A model generated the notes under the pieces. It was not told the origin of the DNA, searched no databases, and saw only the letters and a program-made list of their open reading frames with translations. From the human T2T-CHM13v2.0 reference genome, Homo sapiens, in NCBI RefSeq assembly GCF_009914755.1, contig NC_060938.1: 64,000 nt of DNA, one strand, 5' to 3'. Below, piece by piece: positions 42,246-56,980 of this stretch. Position 1 is the first letter of the stretch, and each line of letters begins with the position of its first letter. A program made the translations under genes and the position numbers.

Positions 42246-43010
42246 CTGTTTAAAAGAAAGCATCTAATAATCTACCAACAAATATTTATTAGGTGTCATT
42301 TTAATCCCAGTGCTCTGCTAAACAATGGAAAAAATACTAGAGTAGCATAAATCTATAGTGAATAAATCCCAGAACTACTTCAATGAATATATACTGATAA
42401 AACTAATTTATTTAAAATCAATGTTTACTTTATTAATTTATTATTAAAGAAAACAATTAAAACTGTAACTTGGAGGAAAGTGGAAAAATAAATTATAACC
42501 CCAACAGCCTAATACAACCACTGTTAGCATCTAGTGTATTTTCTTTCAGTAACTTTTCCCTTTGTGGTATTTGATGTATATAAAATATTAGTTTATGAAA
42601 AATCATGTTGTCAATTCTTTTCTTTAACATGATATCACAGGTCAGATACAGTGGCTGATGCCTGTAATCATAACACTTTGGGAGGCTGAGGTGGAAGGGA
42701 TAGCTTGAGCCCAGGAGATGGAGTTCACAGTGAGCCAAGATCATGCCACTGCACTCCAGCCTGTCCAGCCTGGGTGACAGAGCGAGACTCTGTTCCAAAA
42801 AACAACAACAACAACAACCAACCAACCAACCAACCCAAACATTATATCATAAACATTTCCCCATTTGTTTCATAATCTTAAGAATTATAATTTTTAATGG
42901 CTGTACAATACATAGTCTGCAAACATATAATTTTTATAATCATTTCCTTATTTTTGGATATTTAGATTATGCAGATTTTTTCTTTTTCTTTTTTTCTTTT
43001 TTTTTTTTGA

Positions 43011-43402
<392 letters not shown>

Positions 43403-45298
43403 TGAAGTCTATATAGTAAGTCTAAATTGTTTTTCACAAATATTATACCAATTTGTAAGGCCATTGACTTTGACCATACATTTGCCTACCTAGTATTCAT
43501 TCTCACCTTCATTAATCAAAGACTTTTTTTTTTTTAAGTGGGAATGTGACTTGTTATAAAAGCCTCATTTCCTCAGACTCCCTTGCATCTAGGTACGTCC
43601 ATATGACCGAGATGTGGTCTATGATGGTTACAGGGTTCCGCTATGAGACACACTTTTGTTTTATTACATAAAAGGAACATGCTCTGCTGGCACACACTTT
43701 TTCCTCTTTTCCGCTCTTCTTTCTGACTGCAGGTAGAGCAGCCTTCTTGCAACTTTGAGGATGAAAGCTACAAGTTAAAGTGGTGGAAAAGGAAGCCAGA
43801 AGGAGCTTGTGACTTTCTTGAACATCTGCACCAGCTCTGGTCTCCTTTCTCTGGAATTCTTGTTACATGAATAAATTAATATGTGTTTGGTTAAGCAACT
43901 GTAGTCATATTTCTGCTGCATGAAATCAAAGGAAAACCTAATAGTAACATATATGCATAGTTATTCTCCACAATAATGAATATTGTCACTACAATTAGTG
44001 GGGATGGGGCACTGAGTTGGTACTCTTGATTGCAAATAACAAAAAACCTAAGCTGGTTTAAAGAAAAAAGGGAATTCACTGGTCCATGTACTGGGGGAGG
44101 TAGAGGGGTTGAATTCAGGCTTCACGAAGTAGCATCAGTAACACTTTTAGGTCTGACCTCTTTCTCCCTTTCCCTTTTTCCTCTCTCTCCCTTTCACATA
44201 TCTCCTTTGCTTTCCTCTGTGTGTTGATCTCTTCTCTCCTACAAAAAAATGGACTTCTTCCACGCAACTGGAGAAATTGACCATGTTGGTTGAATGTCAG
44301 GAGAAAGAAAGAACTTTACAGTTTTGATCATATCAGTCCTTGGGAAGGACTCTGATTGACCAGGCCTGTTTCACCCATTCTTGGATGTGTTCATCCAAGA
44401 AGGGACGGGGAATAGAACAACTGTGATTATCATCCCCACCAGGATCACTCAAATACAGAAGAGGCAAGTCCTCAAAGAGAAAGTGAGGTGTTGACACCAT
44501 AACATAGCTGCTGAAAGGCTAAAACAACCCATCATCAATAACCATTTTTTACTAATAAAATGTTTCTTATTGTTATTTTAATTTACCTTTATTTTAAGTT
44601 GAAGACTTTTTTGTTTGTTAATTTAATTTAATTTAAAAAATTTGAAAATTCCCTCTCCTAACATTGACAACCAGAATATGCTTATACCTGACAAATTGGG
44701 TAGTTGAATAGTCTCTTTATTTTGAACATGATCCCAATTTTGGGCTTGTAATCTAATATTCTGTAACTGGAAATGCCATGCACAAGGGAGAGAAAATATA
44801 TGTTCTTTATGATGTCTGTGTATGTATAATGTTCTAAAGGTCCTAAATTTAGTGCGAACAGTGGCAATGGTGTAAGACATAAATTTAATCTGTAGTTGTA
44901 TTTGAGTCATGTAATATATTTAGTATAGAGAGATTAAAAATATAGTAGATTCCCTTTCTAGAAGTTAACTAAATTGATTTTAATATATTACTTTGTGAGG
45001 GCTGGGGGCAGTGGCTCATGCCTGTAATCCCAAGCACTTTGGGAGGCCAAAAGCGGGCAGATCACCTGAGGTCAGGAGTTCGAGACCAGCCTGGCCAACA
45101 CAGCAAAACCCTGTTTCTACTAAAAATACAAAAATTAGCCAGGTGTGGTGGCGGGCGCCTGTAATCCCAGCTGCTCAGGAAGCTGAGGCAGGAGAATTAC
45201 TTGAACTGGGAAGGTGGAAGTTGCAGTGAGTTGAGATCGTGTCATTGCACTCCAGCCTGGGCGACACAACGAGACTCTGTATCAAAAAAAAAAAAAAA

Positions 45299-45350
<52 letters not shown>

Positions 45351-45708
45351 AAAATATATACTACTTTGGGAGAAAGTTTCTTTAAGTATTACACTGGTAT
45401 ATTGGCATTATTGATTTTTCCCAAAGACTTTGAATTATTCAAAATGAGATTCAAAATCCTATTTAGGATTTAAGCTTTAGACTAAGGCTTAAAAGTAAGA
45501 CATATTGCTTTTTCCCCCCATCTAAAGTAGTCTAGAGGATCTTTTGGTAAATAATATGAATATTTTATTAAATATTTTAAAATTTACTAAATATTCATTC
45601 ATTTGGTGCTCAGAGCCATTATTTCATATGTTGTTATGGTGCACATGGGATCTTATGATTTTGGAGAGCGGGACAGTGGCTGTTGATTCTTTCATTCTTT
45701 ACTTCTAG

Positions 45709-45854
45709 CTTTGGTGTAAGGGTAGTTCTAGGGTATTGCATGAGGCAAATGGATGAGAAACCAAGTCATCATTATGCATAGCTTTGCCTACATCATTCCA
45801 ACAAACTGAATTTAAATGCCCTTTGAAAGTGGGAAGATTGAGACCTAAAAATAA
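45709..45854 (+). pseudogene. GREB1-like pseudo-exon (phase 2->1)
   Basis: Acceptor ttctttcattctttacttctAG, donor TAA|GTAAGG. VVLGYCMRQMDEKPSHHYA*LCL vs GREB1 VSLKHIMQHIEAAPDIMHYALLGL; WED*DLKI vs CDDVDFNL. Confidence 0.85.
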
Positions 45855-45919
45855 GTAAGGTATTGATCATACCATGTACCCTATATATTAAATCGGCTAG
45901 ATTTCCCTTTTCTTTTCAG

Positions 45920-46092
45920 AAAAGGGGCAGGTGATGGAAGTAAATGACTATCTTTTCTCTGCCCTCATATCTTCTTCTGTGTCTGGCTGCTCCAGACCAG
46001 CTGCCACCTGCAGTTATACACCCTGATGTGCTACTGGTTGCTGAGAAAGAGGCTTTTAAAAAAAATCTCTTAGAGTATAAATAAAATAACAG
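45920..46092 (+). pseudogene. GREB1-like pseudo-exon with one frameshift
   Basis: Strong acceptor tttcccttttcttttcAG. PAVIHPD...NLLE vs GREB1 PAQYICAPD...LLLE. Weak donor; preceding intron only 65 nt. Confidence 0.6.
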
Positions 46093-46913
46093 GTCAAAAA
46101 TGCCTGAGACATACTGGTCTGCTGATAAATATTAATTACACCTGGATTTACATAATAGACGCTTGTTCAGGGTAGTTTGCAAACTTGCCATTTAGGCAAC
46201 TGCATTTTATATGGAGCCCAGAGGAAATGACATTTACCTTCCAATGGATACTTGGAGTCCTAAGTAGGGGCTATATGCAGCTGAAAACATCCTGATAGCC
46301 ATGTGATTTCATGCTTCTGTACCTTGCTTATGTTTTTCTCACCTGCCTGGAATTCTGTATTTTGTTTTTTGGGACTTAGCATGAGTTTATATTCTCTTGG
46401 AAGTGCTTTCTGACCATTCTCATTTCGCCATGACCTAGGTGCACTTTGTTTATACTCTCAGAGCATCTTGTGCATAATCATATACTTGAGTTCTAATATA
46501 ATTGATTTTCCTACCTGCCTATCCCAGTGTAATTTCAGGGCGGGCTGCAACCATGTTTTATTTATCTTTGAAACATTATGGCGTAACAAAATACTAGGAT
46601 CAGTGGGTACTCAGTGTCTGTTGAAAGGAGGAAGCAGTTGAATTTTATCTATGGAGTCTTCTCATCTCCCTCCTTGTTTTCCTTCTCTTTTGTGGTACCC
46701 CACCCTGTCTTACCCCATCTCACGACTTTTGTGCCTTCGTTCATTCTCCTTCTGGCTTGCTGATGGCTTCTATTTCCTGCTCTTGTCTGAGCTTGGAAAT
46801 AAGTTTATTTACATCATAAATTACAAACCACTAGAGTGAGAAAAGTGTTGATCATCCATTCAAAAGTGTTGAATCCTTCAATAATTAGCAGAGTACTTTT
46901 CACACATAGGGGT

Positions 46914-47268
46914 TGATATGGTTTGTCTGTGTCCCCACCCAAATCTCATTTTGAATTCCCACATGATGTGGGAGGGACCCAGTGGGAAGTAATTGAATCA
47001 TGGGGGCAGGTCTTTCCCGTGCTGTTCTTGTGATAGTGAATAAGTCTCATGAGATCTGATGACTTTATAAGGCAGAGTTTCCCTGCACAAGCTCTCTCTT
47101 TGCCTGCTGCCATCCAGGTAAGTTGTCACTTGCTCCTCCTTGTCTTCTGCCATGATTGTGTGGCTTCCCTAGCCTTGTGGAACCGTAAGTCTAATAAACC
47201 CTTTTTCCTGTATACATTACCCAGTCTTGGGTATGTCTTTATCAGCAGCATGAAAATTAACTAATACA
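46914..47268 (+). mobile_element. THE1B-like solo LTR
   Basis: tgatatggttt...ctaataca with 5-bp TSD GGGGT. Confidence 0.9.
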
Positions 47269-47281
47269 GGGGTTTATTTAG

Positions 47282-47428
<147 letters not shown>

Positions 47429-49023
47429 TAGCTGGGTCTACAGGCATGTGCCACCATGCCTGGCTAATTTTTGTATTTTTAGTAGAGATAGGGTTTTACC
47501 ATGTTGGCCAGGCTTGTCTCAAACTCCTGACCTCAAATGATCTGCCTGCCTCAGCCTTCCAAAGTGTTGGGATTACAGGCATAAGCCACCATGCCTGGCA
47601 ATATCTATCTAGTTTTCTATCTAGTTATAAAAGTAATACTTATTCACTGTAGAGAATTTTTAAAAATACAGAATGTCATCAATCATAAAAAATCACTTAT
47701 CTATCACCTATAGATAACCATTACCAATATTTCAGTACATTGATACGTATACTCTTTTGTTCCCCCGCAGGCATAAGCCAACATGGGTGGCCAATGTATA
47801 TACACTTTTATTTATTTTTCTCAGCACAAATACAATGATACATTGACACATATAACAGTTCTTTTCCATGCATATATACTCTTTTCCTTTTTGCAAAATT
47901 GGGATCATACTGTATAAAATCTTTTATCCTACTTTTTGTATTTAACATGTATCATGAGCTTTTTATCATTATGTAAGCATTCTTTTAAAATGTCATTTAT
48001 GTAATGCGTTTCTTATTTATGGATATTTAGATCATTTCCAGTTTTTCCTTTTATAAAACATGTCTGTGATAAAAATTCTGTGCCTAAATGATTTCTTTAA
48101 GATAAATTCCTAGAATTATTTGACCACTCTGTGTGAATATTTTAAGGTCTTTTGATTCAATAGCCAAACCAACTTCCAGAAATATTATATCACTTTTCCA
48201 TTCATCCACCCACTAGCAAATATATATGTATTTTTTTTTTGAGAAAAAAAAGCATATATTTTTTTGAGATGGAGTTTCACTCTTGTTGCCCAGGCTGGAG
48301 TGCAATGGTGAGATCTTGGCTCACTGCATGCAACCTTCATCTCCTGGGTTCAAGCGATTCTCCTGCCTCAGCCTCCTGAGTAACCGGGATTACAGGCGCC
48401 CTCCACCACACCTGGTTAATTTTTGTATTTTTAGTAGAGACGGGGTTTCACCGTTTTAACCAGGCTGGTCTTGAACTTCTGACCTCAGGTGATCCGCCTG
48501 CCTCAGCCTCCCAAAGTGCAGGGATTACAGGCATAAGCCACCGAACCTGGCCAGCAAATATTTTTGAATCCTTTACTATGTGTTTGGCTCTAGGAGCTAG
48601 GATTATAATGGATAATAATACACTCAAGGTCCTTGCTCTCAAAAGACTGACATTCTACTGAGGAAGACAGACAATAAACAAATAAGTGACAACATAAAAG
48701 AATAATAGATTGTTGTCGCTGCTCTGAAGGAAGCCCTAGTAGAGTAGGACTGTACTTTGGTTAAAGTGGTGAGAGAAGGCTTTTCTGACAGAGTTAATTT
48801 AATCCGAAATATGAACACTAGCCATGGAAGTGGAGAGGATCATCTGCTGCGAAGGGCAGAATGGCAAGAAATGAGGTCGAGAGGGCTATGACGCCAAAGG
48901 TCCAAATCATGGTCCTGTGTTAGGTGACAGGGAGCTATTGAATATACCAATCATGGCAATGTGTTTATAGGCATCAGGAGGTCCACGCTTAATCACTTTT
49001 GGTGAATGTCTGCATTTTAACAG

Positions 49024-49276
49024 ACGTTTCTAGAAATACCCTCCTTAACTCTAAAGAATGCCCCCACTGGTGGAATTTTGGGCATCACAGTTGGTGGACA
49101 TTTCACTGCCTCTTAGGTCACATTTTATATGGAGGTGGCCTGCATTTCCTACATTCGAGGGTTTCTTCTCAGGCTATGTCCTCTTCCATCAATGCCCACG
49201 AGTCTACACAGATATTTTGGACATATACAGCAACAATACAAGGATCAAGGCTCATTTTCTTGCCTTCTCAATTAAG
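49024..49276 (+). pseudogene. GREB1-like penultimate pseudo-exon (phase 2->0)
   Basis: Acceptor tgcattttaacAG, 73 open codons. FSGYVLFHQCPRVYTDILDIY (49166-49228) aligns ungapped to GREB1 FSGLLLYLCDSFVGASFLKKF. Confidence 0.75.
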
Positions 49277-52200
49277 GTTAATAAAACCTGCTTAGCCATG
49301 ATTTTCTTGGATTGATTTTATATCTCCTTAGCAGTGGAATTATTTAAGATGAATTTTTAAATATTTAATCTAAATATGCTTGCCACATTTGCACTCTGTA
49401 TTTCTAATATACATATACTATATTATATATATTATAATAATTATATTACTTAATATTACATATTATATGGAATTATATATTATATATAGAGATAATATAT
49501 GTAGAGAAATATATACGGACAATGAAAATAATCTTTTGTATAAAGAATTAAGAAGAAATTAATTTCCAAAAACTTTGTAGTATTATCTGAGATACATATT
49601 GAGATTCAACAGCAGGAGCTGTTTCTGAATCTAAATTCTTGGCTTTGATTAGTTTGTGTTTATATTAGGAGTCAGGATCTGTATTAGCTTTCAGATTTAT
49701 TTTTGAGTATTTTGTGCATTGATATTTTGCTGAACACATTCAGATTTATACATATTTAAACATGAAAAGCTTTTTATTTTGGTAGTATAGATTTTACTTA
49801 TTTCTTTCCCATCAAAAAGAAAATGATCCTCTATTAGAATTCAGATTTTTTCAAGACCATTCTGAAATCAAACATGATTATGGTGAGGAAAGCATTCTTT
49901 CAATTCTTTGTCTAAAAAAGCATGTCTGTACCATACTATTCTGATTGTTCTTTTGAAAAGACATATTATTATAAGCAATCAAAACAAAATTTGTCTTGTA
50001 TAACATAAAAGGAAATCAACAAATATCTACTGAGTGTCTACAGTGTACCAGGACCTGAGTAGTCACTGTGAGGACAATTGAGAAGTGCAGTATGTGATCC
50101 CTGCCCTATAATTGCTGACAACCTAACAGGGGAGATGAAACACAGGGATGGGGGAGCCCTTGGACACTGACATCTATAGCGCACCTGCTGTGGCCTAGGA
50201 ATTGTGCTAGGTACTTCCACATAACTTATCTCATGCATTGCTGAGCTCAACATCATCCCCTAAAGTCTTCAGTATTCTCCTTCCCACTCTATCCAGTCAT
50301 CTAGGCTTCAGGTCATCCTTAGTCCTTGCCACCCTAACTTACCTCCCACATCCAATCAAGATGAATTTTCATTCCTGGATCCTTCCAGTGGTCCTTTGAC
50401 TGGTCTCATTGCCTCTATTCTCTTCCCTTAGCAGCTCATCCTCCTTCCATATTGTGGACAAAGTGAACTGTCAAAAATAAAAATATGATTAGATTAATTA
50501 CAATTCTTTTGGGGTGCAAACAACATAACTCATTTAAGCAAACGTGAGCATTTATTATTATGACTGCAGCAGTGATTCTTGGGGTCCCAAGAGTAGGTTG
50601 CAGTGGGGTTGGATGAACAGAATGGACTGAGACTGCAGTCCTTCCTTTCTAACTCTTGTCTTTGCTCTTCTTTAAATGTTTACTTTATTTCTTACTGCAG
50701 ATCAACTTTTTCTTACTTCTGGTCTATGTGGCAGAAAATGACAGCCAGACTGAGCCTGGACTTGATCAGTCCCCATTCTAAATTCCTCAGGGGAAGGCGT
50801 CATTTGACGAGCTTGGGTCAGGTGTCACCCCTGGATCAATCGCCAATGGCAATCAATGGCAATCACAGTTACCTTGAAGGAAAAAACAACTGAAACGTTG
50901 TTATTGAAAGGGAGAAGGAGCAGTTCTCAGGAAATGCATTGCTAGGCAGACAAATCAGTAGGCATTTCTTGGAGAGGCTGAGCATTTGAGTTGACTGGAG
51001 TATGTGATTGAATTGGAAAAATAAATAAGGTTGCAGGGATGATAGTTTGGAACTAAATTTTCAAGAATCTTTATGTAAAGCTAAGAATGTGAAGTTCATA
51101 GATATTTGGAAGTTACTGCAGTTTTTAAAGAGAGTAACATGATGAAGCACTATTTAGGATAATCTGGAGGCAAAGTAAATAGATTAGAATTGAGAGACAC
51201 TGGAGCAGAGCCCATCTAGGAAGAAATTACAAGAGTCAGATATAAGAGCACTGGAAAAACGAGTAAAAATATTAGGAAGGACAGGATTACTTGGACATAG
51301 GTAGGTTTTTTGTCTTGTTTTTTGTTTTGTTTTTGTTTTTTTTGAGACAGGGTCTTGACCTGTTGTCCATGCTGAAATGCAGTGGTATGATCATGGCTTG
51401 CTGCAACCTTAAAATCCTGGGCTCAAGTGATCCTCTTGCCTCAGCCTCCCCAGTAGGTGGGATTACAGGCACACACCACCACACCCGGCTAATTGTAAAA
51501 GTTTTCCTTTGTAGAGACAGGGTCTTGCTCTGTTGACCAGTCTGGCTTCAAACTCCTGGCCTCAAGTGATTCTTCTGCCTTGGCCTCCCGAAGTGCTCGA
51601 GTGGTGGGATTACAGGTGTGAACCACCACACCTGGCTGACTTCTGTTTTTTAATCTATGTGAAATTTTTGTGACTATCATACTGCTATGGGATACAACAC
51701 AAAACAGACCATATGTTTCACAGTTCATAAGGCTGAAACCATGTAGTTCAAACAATGCTATCATGGTTGTTAGAATTTCTAATTTTCTTTCCTCTGGGAA
51801 ATAACAGCCAGGGGTTTTTTTTTTTCCCTGTCTCCCACCATCCCCACCCCACCGTATCATATATTGGGAAGATATTATTAGAAATAGGAATGAAGCCACA
51901 AAATTCTGGGGACTGGTTAGGCAGAGGGCAGGGAGAATGACGAAACCATGACCGATTGTTTTCAATTCAAGAGTGGAGTTCCTGTAACAAGGATAAAGCT
52001 AATATCATTAACTGTGAGTATTGGTGAGTCATTTTTAAGGAAGATCTGTCAAGTTTTTATAGCAATTTCTGTGTAAAGTTTATTTTAACATTTATCACAT
52101 TGCATTTTACTTATCTCTCCATGTGGCCACTCAGCATTGGGCTGTCAGCTTCTCTAGGGCAGACATTCTTGCTTATTAATTTTTATATCCATGGTGCTTG

Positions 52201-53664
52201 GCACAATGCTTGACTTGTTATAAGTGCCCAACAAATGCTGAATATCCCCCATTTGATTATAGGCTTTTGAAGGTAGGGTCTATGCTTCTCCATATAACTT
52301 CCAAAGCATGTTGAACAAAAATGCTTTGAATTGAACAAAAATTACTAATATATGAGTTCCCAACCTTTCCCCTGTCTTGATTCTTTTGGATTTTTATGCT
52401 AAGAATCAAGAGCAAAAAGAGTGTAAGAGAAAAACAAGAAGGCTACGTTTGGGTGAAGAGTTTTCTGGGGGCTTGTATAGAAGAAGTGAGGGACTACCGG
52501 GGATGTGTGAGGACAGTGGATGGGACAGCATAGAAAGGGATTTTAAGAAGTGTTGATGTGAACTGTGTGCTTTCTTCTTGGTGTTCGGACAACACAAGTA
52601 AAGGACTTGCTTTATTTTTGAACTCCTGTTTGTTCTTGGACTGTGTGCCTTTGATGATGCCATTCTGGGATAGAACTATAAGGGTCACAGGTACATGAGC
52701 TTTATATTTATTTAGTAAATATCTGTGAAAGGAAGGAGAAGAAAAGAGAGCTAAAGAGAGAAGACAATGAGGGCTGGATGAAGGAAGAAAGAAATGAAGG
52801 GAGTACATTAATGTCAGATATCATAGAGGAGATATGTGAATCTAAACCATATACTTCCATTTCCATTTAGAAACCAATATGGTTCATCTGAATTATTATT
52901 AATTTTCTCTGAAATTGGTGAGATTTCCAATTAGATATAAGGAGCTGGGTGAGTTTCAAGTGAGAATAAAAAGCACTGGGACAAGCTCATTTTGCATTAA
53001 GAAATTCAGCTGATCTTTTATTACAAATAAAATGAACACTGAATAGTAATTTTCATTAAAGAATGAAAGCATTTAACTACTTACAAATACTTCAATTATT
53101 AGTTTTCAAAATGTATTTTATAGTAGAGATCAATACTTTTTGTCCAAGGAAATTACCTGCTTAAAATCTAGTATTTTTATATAGAAACATCATTCCTGGG
53201 ATAAATTAAAAACTATTTTTTTCTAAATAATATACATGGATGTTGAGACTAATGTGGTATGCTATATTGGAAATATCTTCACAAACTTTAAAATAGAACA
53301 TAAAAAATATTCAAAGGGCAAACGAAATAAAATAAATTTCAGGAATGAATCTGTTTTTAAGGTCATGTATAACTACTATTATTACATAATATAATTCTGA
53401 ATAAATAAATCGTGTGTGCATGAACAAGCTAGAAGCTTATTTTAAGGGTTTCTTGAGGCTTTCTCACATTTAAAAAAGTCAGGCTATTGATTATAGAATC
53501 ATAGCATTTTAGAACAGAAAAGGGCCTTGGAGATGGCCTTGTTCAACCCTTTCATTTTACAGGTGACTAAAGTATGTTATTTGGGTAGCAGCAAACTAAA
53601 AAGTCTTCAACGATGGTTCTCTATTGCGGTAACAACCACTCTGGCCTAACTATTCCTTCACCAG

Positions 53665-53763
53665 ATCACTGCAACTCAACTGCAGGAACACAGAAAGAAC
53701 AAAAGCGACAACATCAAGCCTCCGGGTTTGCTGGAATTCATTAATGACATCCCTTCCTGCTGA
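53665..53763 (+). pseudogene. Probable terminal coding exon of the GREB1-like pseudogene
   Basis: cctaac branch-like site plus tattccttcaccAG, phase 0. ITATQLQEHRKNKSDNIKPPGLLEFINDIPSC* is open and joins ...FLAFSIK in frame. Confidence 0.55.
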
Positions 53764-54385
53764 GCTAACAAAACCTTGAACCAGCAAGCAGTTGTCTTCT
53801 TAAATTGAGCTTGCCAACTGTGTTATAATGGTGGATTTAGAGACACTAGGTGACTCCACTTGAGCAGTTGTGGTGGCCAGAGAAGAATTATTCTTATCCT
53901 CATGAAACGTAGCCCAAACAATCATTACCAGTTGGTTCTAGGGAACTGCTTTTAGTGAGACTATTGTTGTCAGTATTGTTGAGTTGGGGTAAAAAGAAAT
54001 AAGGTTACAGGGATGATAGTTTGAGGCCAAATTTTCAAGAATCTTATGTGATGTTAAAGATTTTGAAGATTGTCCTAAAGACATTTGGGAGTTACTGCAG
54101 TTTTTTTAAAAGGGAGTGATATGATAAAACACTATTTAGGGTAATTCAACTGGAGATGAAGTAGACAGATTAGAATTGGGATACTCTGGGAGGATAGAAG
54201 GTACAACAGAACAAGCAGGTGTGCCCCACTGAATCATCTATACATTTAGAAAGGTAAGACATATGTTTATCTCATAAAACAAATGAGTGGGCCGGGTGCA
54301 GTGGCTCACACCTGTAATCCCAGCACTTTGGGAGGCAGAGGTGGGTGGATCACTGGAGGTTGGGAGTTCGAGACCACCCTGGTCA

Positions 54386-54640
<255 letters not shown>

Positions 54641-54678
54641 CTAAAGTGTGATTTCCCTTGTGAATTTTCTTATGTCCC

Positions 54679-55091
54679 TGTATTAGTCAGTCCTCGCATT
54701 GCTATAAAGAAATGCCAGAGACTGGGTAATTTATAAGAAAAGACATTTAATTGGCTCATGGTTCTGCAGGCTGTAGAGGAAGCATAGTGGCATCTGCTTC
54801 TGGGGAGGCCTCAGGAAGCTTCTAATCACAGTAGAAGGCAAAGTGGAGCAGGTATGTCACATGGTGAAAGCAGGAACAAGGGAACAAGGTGGGAGATGCT
54901 ACACACATTTAAACAACCACATCTCATGAGAACTCACTATCATGAGGACAGTATCAAGGAGGATGGTGCTAAACCATTCATGAGAAATCTGCTCCTATGA
55001 TCCAATCACCCCCCACCAGGCCCCACTTTCAACACTGGAGATTACATTTCAATATGAAATTTGGATGGGCACACAAAAATAAGCTATATCA
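54679..55091 (-). mobile_element. MSTB-like solo LTR
   Basis: tgtattagtc...atatca termini and ggcatctgcttctggggaggcctcagg motif. Confidence 0.85.
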
Positions 55092-55345
55092 GCCCTCTTC
55101 CCGACTCCACCACTGTAATTAATCAAGCAATATTGCAATGATTAATTTACATGTCTCTCTAGTTTACCAGTAATAAGCTCTTTGAAGGTAGGCATAGTCT
55201 TATTCCTCTTTGTATATCTACCACCCCATAAATATTACATAGATTGTTTTGAATTGAATATATTGTTATTGTTTGGTCTTGTAGGTCCTCATCATCAATC
55301 TCTAAATGAAGTTACTTGAAGCAATTCTTGAAACCATAATAATAA

Positions 55346-56874
55346 TGTCTCCAGAATTGGTGGATTCTTGGTCTCACTGACTTCAAGAATGAAGCCACGG
55401 ACCCTCGCGGTGAGTGTTACAGTTCTTAAAAGCGGCGTGTCCGGAGTTTGTTCCTTCTGATGTTCGGACATGTTCAGAGTTTCTTCCTTCTGGTGGGTTC
55501 GCGGTCTCACTGGCTTCCGGAGTGAAGCTGCAGACCTTCTCCCTGAGTGTTACAACTCTTAAGGCGGTGGCACATCTGAAGTTGTTCATTCCTCCTGGGG
55601 GTTCGTGGTCTCGCTGGCCTCAGGAGTGAAGCTGCAGACCTTCACCATGAGTGTTACAACTCATAAAGGCGGGGAGGACCCAAAGAGTGAAGAGCAGCAA
55701 GATTTATTGCAAAGAGGGAAAGAACAAAGCTCCCACACTGTGAAAGAGGACCCGAATACATTCCCATTGCTGGCTCCAGCAGCCTGCTTTCTTTCCCTTA
55801 TCTGGCCCCACCCACATCCTGCTGAATGGTCCATTTTACAGACAGCTGATTGTCTGTTTTACAGAGAGCTGATTGGTCTGTTTTGACAGGGTGCTGATTG
55901 GTGCATTTACAATCTCTGAGCTAGACACAAAAGTTCTCCAAGTCCCCACTAGATTAGCTAGACACAGAGCACTGATTGGTGCATTCACAAACCCTGAGCT
56001 AGACACAGGGTGCTGATTGGTGCATTTACAAACCTTGGGCTAGACACAGAGTACTGATTGGTGCGTTTACAATCCCTGAGGTAAACAGAAATGTTCTCCA
56101 AGTCCCCACCAGATTAGCCAGATACAGAGTGCTGATTGGTGCATTCACAAACCTTGAGCTAGACACAGAGTGCTGATTGGTGTATTTACAATCCCTTAGC
56201 TAGACATAAAGGTTCTCCAAGTCCCCACTACACTCAGGAGCCCAGCTGGCTTCACCTAGTGGATCCTGCCCTGGGGCCACAGGCGGAGCTGCCGGCCAGT
56301 ATCGGCATGCACCCGCACTCCTCAGCCCTTGGGGGTTTGATGGGACGGGGCGCTGCAGTGCAGATGGTGGCGCCCATTGGGGAGGCTTGGGCCGCACAGG
56401 AGCCCATGGCGGGGAGCCGGGGGGAAGGCTCAGGCATGGCAGGCTGCAGGTCCCAAGCCCTGCCCCACAGGGAGGCAGCAAAGGTCCAGCGAGAATTCGA
56501 GTGCACCACGGGCGGGCCGGCACTGCTGGGGGACCCGGGGCACCCTCCAAGCTGCTGGCCCAGTTACTGAGCCCTTACTGCCGGAGGCTGGCGGCGCCGG
56601 CCGGCTGCTCCGAGTGCGGGGCCGCCGAGCCCACGCCCACCCGGAGCTCGCGCTGGCCCGCAAGCACCGCGTGCAGCCCCGGTTCCCGCCTGCGCCTCTC
56701 CCACCAAACCTCCACGCAAGCTGAGGGAGCCGGCTCAGGCTTTGGCCAGCACAGAAAGGGGCTCCCACAGTGCAGTGGCGGGCTGAAGGGCTCCTGAAGC
56801 GTGACCAGAGTGGGCGCTGACGCCGAGGAGGCGCCTAGAGCGAGCGAGGGCTGCCAGTACACTGTCACCTCTAA
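55346..56874 (-). mobile_element. LTR12 (ERV9) solo LTR, LTR12C/D/E-like, 1529 bp
   Basis: 4-bp TSD ATAA, GC-rich U3, tandem CCAATCAG enhancer repeats 55845-56200, U5 repeats. Confidence 0.95.
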
Positions 56875-56980
56875 ATAAGATAAACATTTGAAGAGTGCCT
56901 TTAATGTTCAAGGAATTGTGAAAGACACAAAGTTGAACATGACATGGTATCTGCTTTGGAGAGGCTCATAGCTAAAGAAG

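Noticed and set aside
52560-52690. Exon-like block ending CAG|GTACAT
   Set aside because: No clear acceptor or motif, and 49276 already joins 53665 in phase.
55845-56230. Regularly spaced repeats resembling a CRISPR array
   Set aside because: LTR12 tandem enhancer units; eukaryotic context with no unique spacers.
56200-56868. Cluster of ORFs and CpG-island-like sequence
   Set aside because: GC-rich U3 of LTR12, not a gene promoter island or coding exon.
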